IMG/VR virus record: IMGVR_UViG_3300010354_000069
Location: 1 to 64,000 of that record
DNA: 64,000 nucleotides
Strand: one strand, 5' to 3'
Source of the DNA: a virus
This document shows positions 36,307 to 46,500 of the stretch, one piece after another (within the stretch, counting starts at the first letter, position 1; every line of letters starts with the position of its first letter). Made by a program: the position numbers and the translations under genes. A model generated the notes under the pieces. The model saw only the letters and a list, made by a program, of their open reading frames with translations. It did not search any database and was not told the origin of the DNA.

Positions 36307-36691
36307 TTCCGAAATGAAAATTGACGGACCGGATGAGATTATGGTCATGAGCATGGAACGCTTTTTGCAGACCGTGAAGCTTCAGTTCGGAAACATGCCG
36401 TTTGTTGCACTGAACGTAACTCGTAGCTGTACTAGCGACGACGAAGTTCGCGATCATGGCCCGCGTGGTCTTGTAGCAATGGTTGCTGTGGGGTTTGAAC
36501 CTGAGTACACCGACATGTTTCCCGCTGTCATGACAGCCGTCACAAATGAAGGCAACATGCGTGTAGTCACTGACGAAGAAGCTGTAGCTGCCTTGCTGAG
36601 GGATAACCTCACAGTGGAAGAAGAAGAAGAAGAACCCACAAGCAAAACCGTTACGGTAGCCAAAAACGAAGAGAGTGCACTGGAGTTCTAA
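36293..36691 (+). CDS. Acidic hypothetical protein
   Basis: 132-aa ORF followed by a terminator. Confidence 0.6.
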   Translation: MKIADSEMKIDGPDEIMVMSMERFLQTVKLQFGNMPFVALNVTRSCTSDDEVRDHGPRGLVAMVAVGFEPEYTDMFPAVMTAVTNEGNMRVVTDEEAVAALLRDNLTVEEEEEEPTSKTVTVAKNEESALEF

Positions 36692-36699
36692 GACAAAAT

Positions 36700-36737
36700 A
36701 AAGAGCGGGTACCCTCGGGTGCCCGCTTTTGCTTTTA
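36700..36737 (+). terminator. Rho-independent terminator
   Basis: AAGAGCGGGTACC-CTCG-GGTGCCCGCTTTT followed by GCTTTTA. Confidence 0.75.
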
Positions 36738-36773
36738 TTGACGCTATCGGCTTTATATGGCAATTATGGAGCA

Positions 36774-37469
36774 ATGGCACACAAGACTCCCTCCGGTAAG
36801 ACCAGCGGTGCATGGCGCGACCTAGAACGTCGTGTTGAAGCGCTCTTTCGTGCTGCCGGATTCACGAGTGCCAAACGAATCACCCGTGCTAGCGACTTTG
36901 GTGAAGAACGCCCTGACGTAGACGTTCCGGAAATCAAAGGTCTAGCCGTTGATACAAAGTACAGAAACGGTGGATTTTCCCACCACAGCTTGTTCCTTAC
37001 CGAAGTAGACAAGTACGTTGGCGTAAAACGAATGGGCGAAGACCAAGCGTATGACTGGTCCATAATGCCCACCCGCGCCGGGGGTTCCAAAGACATTCTT
37101 GTCACGCTGCGCTTGGACAAGTTCCTTGAAGTTCTGGCACAGGCCTTCCTTCGCAAAGGACATCAATCAAACGGAGGTTGGTCGTGTCCGCGTTGTCCAG
37201 GAAGTCTGTCAAAGGTGGGTGAGCTACTTGGATTGCATCAGTACACTTGCCAGACCTGTAGTCTGGTACTACTATCACAGGAGGAAGCGATCGAAGTAGA
37301 ACAACCAGAGCCGGTAAGGAAGAAACGCACTCGAGAGCAAGTGGTCAAAGACCAGAGTTCCGATTCGTTCCAACCACTCCCAGGACAGATGAAACTTCGC
37401 GACTTGATCGCTCAAAAGACAGCCCCATCCTCAGGGCGAAAGAAACGCTTACCAAAGGGTACCAAATGA
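36774..37469 (+). CDS. Hjc-like Holliday junction resolvase with C-terminal Zn ribbon
   Basis: G....ERRV...F...GF...R......PD.....AVDTK (PD-(D/E)xK) and CPRC...CQTC. Confidence 0.7.
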   Translation: MAHKTPSGKTSGAWRDLERRVEALFRAAGFTSAKRITRASDFGEERPDVDVPEIKGLAVDTKYRNGGFSHHSLFLTEVDKYVGVKRMGEDQAYDWSIMPTRAGGSKDILVTLRLDKFLEVLAQAFLRKGHQSNGGWSCPRCPGSLSKVGELLGLHQYTCQTCSLVLLSQEEAIEVEQPEPVRKKRTREQVVKDQSSDSFQPLPGQMKLRDLIAQKTAPSSGRKKRLPKGTK

Positions 37470-38539
37470 ATCTGAACGAAATCGAAACCACGTCGCACTC
37501 GCGGCTGGGCGTTTTCGAGAAGTGCGGAAAGATGTACGAGTTTCAGTACATCAAAAAGGAAGCGGTCTTCGAAAACGCGGATCACTTCATTATCGGTGAA
37601 ATCTGCCACGGTACTCTTGAAGACTACTATAACGATGTCTACAAGACGGTAGATGAAGCCTTGGCTAATCGTTGGCAGGCGTGGCTAGCGGAGCGCAATT
37701 TGATTCCTCTACTTGGTGAGTTGCAGGATTATGCAAGGGATGTACAGCATCTGTACCGACGGGCCAGCGCAAGTTATACCGGCAAGGACAAAATCCGCAA
37801 GCGGGACGGTAGCGTGGCGGACAATCCGCAACTTACCACTGACTGGAAGCGCTCGGTAGAGGAGCTGCAGCTGGGTGATCGTGCACACAATATTGACCTA
37901 GCCGGAGTCACCACACTCGGCCCTTCGCACGCTTCTGTGTCGTTGAGCAACTGCTACAGCGAGACATTGGAAATCATGCGAGACTACCGTGAACCCTCTG
38001 CTCTGCAGTCTGTTGATTGGTTGGAGTTTCCTATTAGCCACCGCGTGAGGGAAAACAACGAGGTCAAAGACCTCTGGAACCCTGTGAAGCTGCCTCGCAC
38101 CGGCGTCTACCTCAACGGCTACATAGACTTGGTAGGTCGTATGCGCGAAGAGCACGGCGGTGGTGTTGTTCTGCTGGATCACAAAACCACTCAAGGTGGA
38201 CCACCCAGCGACCTTGAGGTCAGTCATCATGAGCAGCTACTCAAGTATGCTTGGGCTTGGCATCAACTTACGGGTGAGTGGCCCACGCATATTGGTGTAA
38301 ACCATCTTCGTAGTAAGTCAGCGGTAATTGTTTCACTTGACCCAGAAGAAGCACTTGCAGCAATCGATCGCACGGAACAGCTGATCGAAGCTCAGCGGTT
38401 GGGTAACTACATCAAGAAAGATCCGTTTGCCTACGGATCTCCGTGCATCCGTATGCGAGACCACCAAGTAGAGCGACATTGTCCGTATCTGGCGAAGTGC
38501 CACCCCAGTGTGGCAAAGAAACTGGGCTTGGAAGTCTAA
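37466..38539 (+). CDS. PD-(D/E)xK exonuclease, Cas4/AddB-like
   Basis: SHSRL..FEKC, G...H, GYIDLV, LDHKT, QL..YA and three C-terminal cysteines. Confidence 0.82.
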   Translation: MNLNEIETTSHSRLGVFEKCGKMYEFQYIKKEAVFENADHFIIGEICHGTLEDYYNDVYKTVDEALANRWQAWLAERNLIPLLGELQDYARDVQHLYRRASASYTGKDKIRKRDGSVADNPQLTTDWKRSVEELQLGDRAHNIDLAGVTTLGPSHASVSLSNCYSETLEIMRDYREPSALQSVDWLEFPISHRVRENNEVKDLWNPVKLPRTGVYLNGYIDLVGRMREEHGGGVVLLDHKTTQGGPPSDLEVSHHEQLLKYAWAWHQLTGEWPTHIGVNHLRSKSAVIVSLDPEEALAAIDRTEQLIEAQRLGNYIKKDPFAYGSPCIRMRDHQVERHCPYLAKCHPSVAKKLGLEV

Positions 38540-38546
38540 CAGCCCA

Positions 38547-38575
38547 TTGACCACCCACCACGCTGCTTATAGAAT
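38547..38575 (+). promoter_or_regulatory. Sigma70-type promoter for HU
   Basis: TTGACC-17 nt-TAGAAT. Confidence 0.75.
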
Positions 38576-38610
38576 AAGAGCGTGTACTAAACACAGGAGA
38601 AACTCGAAAC

Positions 38611-38901
38611 ATGAACGGTTCCGATCTTGTACTTGAAGTCCGTAAGAACATGCCTTCACTTACAGCGGCTGAGGCTGCTGGTGCGGTTGATGCCGTATTT
38701 GATGCTATCCGCAAGGAACTGCTATCCGGCGGTAACGTGGTAATTCGCGGCTTCGGTCGTTTTGGTTCCAAGGTTGTTGATGCTCGTGAATATCGCAACC
38801 CGCTTAACGGTGCCAAGATTCTCAAGCCGGCCCGGCGTCGCCCTGACTTTGACTTTGCAAAGTCTCTGCAGGACGAAGTCTCTGCAACGCCTCTGAATTA
38901 A
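38611..38901 (+). CDS. hup: HU/IHF-family DNA-binding protein
   Basis: V.IRGFGRF...AREYRNPLNG...I...P.F. Confidence 0.92.
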   Translation: MNGSDLVLEVRKNMPSLTAAEAAGAVDAVFDAIRKELLSGGNVVIRGFGRFGSKVVDAREYRNPLNGAKILKPARRRPDFDFAKSLQDEVSATPLN

Positions 38902-38909
38902 GCTGCTAA

Positions 38910-39224
38910 ATGCCAAAGCCACACCCAATTCGGGACAAGTTCCTGAAGTACTTGCGCTCAGACATGGCTCACGACAAGCCATGGGTAGACGCTTCGGGTG
39001 TGTACACTTCCAATGAAGTGCGAGATGCGGTGAAGCGAATTTCCAAAACGGATCCTCTGCTTCACCGCATCATCGACTACTACATTCGCACCCGCATGCC
39101 TCGCATGAGAATTGCTGAGGCGGTTCACTACGATAGCAGCACTGTAAAGCGCAAACTCGACGACGCGGTCGATATCGTACTGCAACAACTCAAGCTGGGT
39201 GTCACCGGTGAACAAGAAGCCTAG
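38910..39224 (+). CDS. HTH protein (sigma region-4-like)
   Basis: RMRIAEAVHYDSSTVKRKL helix-turn-helix. Confidence 0.65.
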   Translation: MPKPHPIRDKFLKYLRSDMAHDKPWVDASGVYTSNEVRDAVKRISKTDPLLHRIIDYYIRTRMPRMRIAEAVHYDSSTVKRKLDDAVDIVLQQLKLGVTGEQEA

Positions 39225-39807
39225 AAGACTGCGGGTAAAAGGATTCTTCAAGAATCGCCGCAACCGGCTGCCAAAATCTGACGGCCACACCATCGCTGCA
39301 GCGCTGAACGAGCTGGAAATGCCGGATCGCGTACCAACAGGCTTGGTGGAAAAACTTGGGCTGGGTCCCGAAATCGTGCGCATGCGCAAGTCAGGCCTTA
39401 CCTACCAAGAAATTGCTACACAGCTGTCGCTGGACGTAAACCACGTGAGCAACTTTGCCGCCCGCTACAGAAACATGACTGAAGCTCAGCGGGTAGACGT
39501 GCATAAACGCTCGGTCTTCGATGTAGCGCAACGACTGCAAGAAGTTTTTGAAGACGTCACCGAGGTGCTGTCTCGTGTACGCAGCAACAACGCCGACCTT
39601 GAAATCAAAGCAGCAGACAAACTGCTGAAGTGTCTGGCCATGGCAGGGGATCTCATGGAAAAGGTGCAGATCTACGAAGAGAACAAGCGTTTTCGAGAGA
39701 TCGTGCTGGACCTCTTGGATCAAGAAGCACCGGGTATCAAAGCAAAAGCATTGCGCAGGTTAGCGGAGTACAAGTCGGAGCATCTCTCGCTGCTGAGGCC
39801 CCTGTAG
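39199..39807 (+). CDS. HTH protein, possible terminase small subunit
   Basis: MRKSGLTYQEIATQL HTH followed by helical coiled segments. Confidence 0.5.
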   Translation: MSPVNKKPRRLRVKGFFKNRRNRLPKSDGHTIAAALNELEMPDRVPTGLVEKLGLGPEIVRMRKSGLTYQEIATQLSLDVNHVSNFAARYRNMTEAQRVDVHKRSVFDVAQRLQEVFEDVTEVLSRVRSNNADLEIKAADKLLKCLAMAGDLMEKVQIYEENKRFREIVLDLLDQEAPGIKAKALRRLAEYKSEHLSLLRPL

Positions 39808-40064
39808 TGCGGGGTAGAGTAGACCGGCTGATTGCACTGTCTAGGTTTGTAGCAGCAGCACTTCTAGACTACCGCACTCGAATGGCTTGGACAAAAACCG
39901 CATTGAGTGTGCCTGGTATACCCGAATCGTATCGCAAAAACATTGTAAAAGTACTGGACATGCAGCTACTTAAACTTCAAGAAGTACTGCAAGAAATGGC
40001 CAAACACGTAGACGCCGAATCCGAAGAGCTTGAAGAGCAACTGGGTTTGACAAAGAAGGATTGA
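39807..40064 (+). CDS. Hypothetical protein
   Basis: TAGTG overlap with the upstream stop; helical. Confidence 0.5.
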   Translation: MRGRVDRLIALSRFVAAALLDYRTRMAWTKTALSVPGIPESYRKNIVKVLDMQLLKLQEVLQEMAKHVDAESEELEEQLGLTKKD

Positions 40065-40556
40065 ATGCAGTTTTACGTCAGCGCTTTAGGACCTATAGAC
40101 ACAGGCCGCCCGCTTCACGCCGACGCCGGCAAAACCTTCAACCACGTAGGCATTCCTATCTGGTTTACTAGGGGTAGTTTGCACCGTGCTGTACACGTTC
40201 TAAATGGACCCTACCACGAACCTACTGGACTTTTCGTGGTGCAACCTAACGAAGTGCTGGTGTACTTTGAGGTAAAGCAGCCCCCAGCAGGTTCTTTGCA
40301 AGAGCAGACCATGGGACTGCGCCCGGTTACCTACGCAATTCTTAGTGTCGACCGCAACTTCGTGCATAGCAACAGTTTGCTGTATCAATCAGTAGATCCT
40401 GATGCAGACTTTGAAAAAGACGACGATATCGCCGTCTGGTTTGGAATGACCTTTCCGGCAACTATAGTAGGTAGATTCAGAAAGCCAACGGATACTTTTC
40501 AGCCTCCTAAAGAAACTCGTGGCCACATGTTGAAGGACTCCAACCTCTACAACTAG
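40065..40556 (+). CDS. Hypothetical protein
   Basis: AAGGA RBS. Last plus-strand gene, convergent with the giant ORF. Confidence 0.55.
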   Translation: MQFYVSALGPIDTGRPLHADAGKTFNHVGIPIWFTRGSLHRAVHVLNGPYHEPTGLFVVQPNEVLVYFEVKQPPAGSLQEQTMGLRPVTYAILSVDRNFVHSNSLLYQSVDPDADFEKDDDIAVWFGMTFPATIVGRFRKPTDTFQPPKETRGHMLKDSNLYN

Positions 40557-43500
40557 TTGGCTCGCTTTCGAGCAGCACTAGGAATATCTCTACTACCGCT
40601 GCGACCCTGTCTGTGATAGTCACGGTCCAGCGTGTCATCCTTGCCCTTCTTGCCAGCATGCTCTTGATGGATGACCACCTTCTTGCCCTGTGGGTCAACC
40701 TCTACCTTAGAAGTACGGCGCTGAGAGTGGTCTTTAGTGCTACCCGTCGGCACATCCTTTGCCCCGCTCTTGACACCACCGTGATTAGCCTTGGTATCGA
40801 CAACAACAGTTGCATTCTTTGACTTGGCGGGGGCTTCTTTACCATAGAACACGTTTTGAATGAACTCATCAACGTTTTCAATAACGTCATCGAGCACGTT
40901 ACGTTCATACTTGTCGGATACCACCGCTTCGACTTCGATTGAACCGCTTGAAGAAACGGTACCAGGTAGCGCTTGTTTGCTTGTGCTTGAAACACGTGCA
41001 AGCTCTTTAGTGCTACGAACGCTTAGTTCAGCAGCGGATTTTCCAACACGATACTTGGCGTCAATATGAGCATCAACAGATTTTACAAGGTGCTCGTTAA
41101 TTTTTCCGTAAGCCCAAATATTTGCAAGAACAATACCAATACCTGCAAAGGTTCCTGCGATAGCTCCAGGAAGAGCACCAACACCCCCAGCTAGTGTACC
41201 GGCGGCAGCGCCTGTCAAAGCCGTCTTTACAACGAAACCAGCAGCGGCACTAGCCAAGCCAAGAATGCCTATAGTGCTAAGACCGGCCACACCGTGCCCC
41301 AAAGCACGCTCTCTAGCAACTCTGTCAGTACCCGCCTCCCTGTATTCAACAAAGGTCTTGGATGACTCTACGACCACCATCAAAGGCAACGCAGCTTTGC
41401 TAGCTACTGCGGCAAGTTTCGGTGCCCACGTTGTAGCACCAAATCGCTTTGTAACAAGAGGAACCATGCGTCCGTAGCCTTCAAGTGCTGCTTGTACAGC
41501 AAACAATCCAGTGCTTGCCTTAAAGAAGACTTCCTGCTCAAAAGGCATTTCGTACCCTTGTTTATGCAGCTTTGCCTTTTGGTCTTCAAAATCCATCCAA
41601 CTTTTTACAGACATGGCAAGCATGAATAGAGGATTGCCAAGCTGTTGGCTGAACTCATAACTCTTCATGATCGATGTGTTGGCTAGCCGTTGTTGGTAGA
41701 TATCTCTGCGGATTCGAGCCTCTGCCTGTTCTTGGCGCGCCATAGGACGCTCTCTGGAAGTCTTGTCCAACCTTGAACGAATCTCTTCCTTGCGCTCCAC
41801 TGTACGTTGAATTCGCTCTTCAGCCTCCTGCAACCGCTCAAGAGGTTTGCCGGCAGTACCCAAGCGTGCCCAAATATCTTGCTTCAATTGTTTTTGACGG
41901 TTTATTTCTTCCTCACGCTCAATCAGGGTTTGCAAAGGACGCTCACCCCGTGTTGCCTCCGTACGGCTACGAACTTCTTCGCGTCTAGCTTCTGCTACCG
42001 ACTCGACTGCTCTGCGCTGCTTACGGGCGGCAATGAGCTCGCGCTGCCTATTTGCCAGAGTTTCTTGGTCAAGGCTATTCAAGCTGCGAGGCGTGGGGTT
42101 CTTGCGGAAGTCCCTGACAGCCCTACCCAGAACTAAGCGGCTTTCTTCATCCGCGGGTACGAAAGTACGCTTGGTGTAGCTAAAAGCTTGTGGAGTCTTT
42201 ACTGGCTCGTCCGTCACGCTACGCTGAGCGCTCACAACGGGATTGATGCTTGAAGCAGCAATGTCTTTTGATAGACGTGCTACTACTGCAACAAGCGATC
42301 TACCAGCTTTCAAGTATCTGTGTACGGCTTTTTCAACCAACTCGTCTGGATTTACAACGATTAGCTGGTCTACGTTACGCTCAACAGCACGCCAGCCTCT
42401 ACCCAGTAACATAGAATAGCCGGCATAACCAAGACTGGCAATTGTGCGTGCAAACAATCTGTCAGTAAAGAGGTAAATGTCCCTAGCACCTGTAGATGCA
42501 GCCCTGTAAGCAGCTTCTCTAGCTACGATGTATGTCCTACCGTCACGTTCAATAGTGGTATTGCCAAGGTGCTTAAGAGCGTCACCGTTATCAAACATGC
42601 TAGGCTTGTTATACTTGTCGACAAGCAATTCAGCCGCTATGCCCGCAAATAGCTCTCTAATACCTGTGGACATGAGCTCATGAATAGTAAAAGAAGTAAT
42701 ACCTGGTTTTTCTGATCTACGTCGTACTTCCTCAAGAGTACGCTCTGCGTTAGAGCGCAGTTCTAGGTAGGTCTGCTCTGCAAGTTTTCCGTTAGGGTCT
42801 TGAACACCCATTTCCCTGTACATGGACTTGATGATTTCTCGCCACTCCTGCTCATAAACTTCAGGAGCTGCCCTGAAATCCATGATTCTTGCGCCTGGCT
42901 TAAAACCGAAAGTCTGAACGTAGTGTGCGCTGCTGTAGTGCCCCCAACCGCTAGGTTTAATTCCTCGAACACCAGAGTAATCTGTGGCATCGTTTCTGGA
43001 AGGTGTCACGTAGAACCCGGCCCCTTCGGCCCAAGTGCCAGATACGTCCAACTCTGGAATTCCGTAAGGACGATAGTCCTGACCGTGGTAGTAAGCCCTG
43101 CTTGTAAGCCTGTCGGATATAGCTTGCTTTTCCGCAGTAAAATCAACTACACCAGAGCGGGTTGTGTGTGCATCGCGCGCAAGTGTTGAAGTTTCTGGCG
43201 CCGCTGTACGAAGCTCCATGTCAAGTAGTTCGTGCGGTAGCAGATTTGAAGCACTTTCAGTCTTTGGCAAAGACCTCCACTCGTATTTGGCCCTCTGTTC
43301 AGCCGCTCGAGTATCTGCCCGCATTTTCAGCATCAGCCTTAGCATGCGAGCTTCTTTTTGAGCAAACCTGATGAGACTGCTGATAGCTCCAGGTTGACTG
43401 CTTGCTCTTTGCAACCGGTCTCTGTACGTCTGGTAAGCAAGACGGCCAAGAACCGGTGCGGTTGCAAGTAGACTAGTGGCCAGAGTAGCAAAGTGCTCGG

Positions 43501-46500
43501 GCGTAATCAGAGTGCCAAAACCACTGGAAGCTTCTGCGGGCATTGTAGCGGCTGCAACCAAACCCAAGCCAGTAAAAGCAATGGACATTAGTCGTCCGGA
43601 GCGCCCGCCAAGAATGCCTTTACGCTCTGCCGCTCGTTTAGCCAAACGGCTTACACGGTCTGCGGTACTAGCAGCAACGTGTGAGTAAGGCTCTATATTC
43701 CTTGAATACTCGGCGGGTATTACTTCTGGTAGGCTGGTCTCAGAAATATTGAGAACCTTCGCTATCTTAGTTTTATAGATGTTTATAAGCTCTACAGCTT
43801 TGTCCATCTCAACAGAATCTTGTTTAGGAGCAAATTCTTGAACTAACCGCTTGGTATAAAAGTCAAGTCGTAAATCCATATCTCTGGTAATGTTACCAGC
43901 TGCATGCTTGCGTAGAATAGCATTTTTAATAAGGTCAACGCGCCTGTCTGTAAAGTATATCTGTTCGTCAGTAAGTCCAGCTGCATCCCTGAGGAAGTTG
44001 TACATAGTACGCTGTTCTGGATAAGCAGAGAAAACACTAGTAGTAGAGTTTACGTTAATACGCAACCTGCGGATAAGCTCTGGCATTACATTTATTGCTC
44101 TAGTTTCTACAGCAGCTTCTTCAAGGGCTAGTTCAGGCGCCGTAGCGTAATGCCCTTTTATATCGTAATCAAAGCCGAATCTAGCTAGAGCGCGCCTACG
44201 CGGGCTGTACTCGTGATGCACTTCGTGAGAAAGGATATGAAGAGTCGTTAACAAGCGTTCCAAAGACTTTTCTCTATATTCAAATGAAGCTACGCCAAGT
44301 TTATTTCTACTCTGACGTGCGATATCTAGTAGATACGGAGTATACTTATTTCTAACATTGATGTAAGCCATCATACCGCGCGGAGTGTGCATACCATCCC
44401 AGCTAAAAGGCATATTGGTCACTCCAATATCATTCAGCAGAATAACAGGAAGGGGTAGGATTCCTCTTCTTTGTTCTCTAGGTAAAGTACTTCTAACAGC
44501 CTTTGCAGTTTCGTACAAAGCAAATTGCATAGCAGTAAGTTGTTTTGCAGTATCAACAAAGTGTCTTAGGCTTGCAACCGATCTTGCACTTATAGTTTTC
44601 AAAAAATCTATTGTTTGTCTAGGTTTCAACACAAGGCTCGCAGTAAGCGCAGTAGCGGTAGCCCCAAAAACACCAGCTGCAGCAAATTTCAGGTAAGGTA
44701 CTAAAGTGTTAATCAGACTAGGGTAATGCGTAGTAATTTTACTAAGGTCGGGCTCCACCACAGTTTCAATCCTGAAGTGGGTTGCCGCTTCTGCAGGCAT
44801 TCCAGCGGCTAGTGCAAGGCCTACACCAAGTAACCCTAGTGCCAAAGGCTTGGCACCACGCTTGAGGCTTTGACGAGCCTTCTCAAGAAGCTTTGGTTGT
44901 AGAGCTTTGAGTGTGCTGCGAACGTAAGTGAAACCTCTTGCTACACTGACAGAAGATTTGTCTATGGTAGTAGTAAACAAATGGTGCGGTTTACGAGCAG
45001 AAGCAATAATGTCAGAAGAAGCTCTGTACCTGAGTAGCTGTACTGTGTATTCACTTAAATTTGCTAAGTTCAAAGCCCCCAACCGCTTTATACGTTTACC
45101 TGGAACAACAGCATAAACAGTTGTTTCTCTCGCTTCTTTGGAGTCCATTAATACAAGCTGACCATTTTCGTTGAAAATGGTATTACGTACTCCCGCGTAT
45201 CCTTGGCTTACAATACTGTCTCTAAGAGCTGTATGAACTGCAACCTCAGAGTTGAAGTTTGGTGGTAGACCTTCAGCAGCAGTAAAACGAGATGTCATAA
45301 ACTCTACTGCGCTCTTATAAAAGTATTCTACATTGTGTTTGTTGTCGGGAGTATCAAGAGCGTTAAGCAGACGCAGGAGCTCCGCATTGAACTTACTGCT
45401 AGTTTTTTCACTATCATTTACGTGAAGCAGCATAGTCTCAAAAGTGTGCTGCAACATTGTGCGTACTTCAGTCTTGTACACTTCAGCAGGCTGAGCAAAG
45501 TCTATAAACTGTGCAGTAGGGTTTAGCCTTACTTTTTGAACGATACCAAACTGCTTTTTGGCCTTTGTTACAAGGGCTCGTACAGTCTTGCCTGCTGAGT
45601 TTACAGTAAGACCCGCGTAGTCAAGGGCTTGGCCAACCGTTTCAGCCATGTAGTAACCACGGCCGCCCCACCAAGAGCCGTGTAAAGAGGCTTCAGGAAT
45701 ACCAGAAGGTGCATGAGTTTGACCGTGGTAGTACGTACGGTTGGTAATCTGCCTTGAGATATCTTTCTTCAAAGTGGTGAAATCCAAAGCGGTGCGCGTA
45801 GGCTCGGCCTCGGAAGCGGGAACAACACTGGACAGAGGTTGATTCTTATTGTTACCCCCAAAAAGCTTCTTGACTCCTTCCCAGCCAAGAATTCCGGCTG
45901 CAGAGAAACCAAGCTGACTCATCAGCAAAGCGTTGTCTGCGAGCGATGTGACGTGATGCCCAAACGGTAGCGTAGCTGCTTCAGCGGGCATTCCAGCGGC
46001 TAGAGCCAGACCTGTTCCTACCAGCAGGCCGAAGATACCGGAAGTGCGCTGCCCCCGCTCCCGCCTAGCTTTCTCTAGCTCAGCATCAATAACCGTCACC
46101 ATAGAACTATCGTTTAAAATTTCGAAAGAAGGTAAGTCACGTCGTGCAATAGAGCTCAAAGACCTGTGTAGCCTATCAAGAGCTTTTAAACTTTGTTTAT
46201 AGCTGCCTACAGGACGTCTAATGCTAAATCTGCTGCTATAGGAAGAAGGTACAAACACGTTTACAGCGTAGTTATTGATAACCTTTCTTATTCTTGTAGC
46301 TTGGCTCCGGTTAAGGCGAAACTTCTCTGCAATTTTTTCACTTAGTAGTTTTACACGATCCTCTTCGACATACAAAGTATCGCTTGTAATATCTGTAAGT
46401 GAAAGCAAGGCCCTTGTAAACATTCTTTGAAACTTATAGGTAGCGACTAAAGGAGCGGTACTTACAGTATGTCCAGTTAGCCTTCCTACAAATTCCCTAA

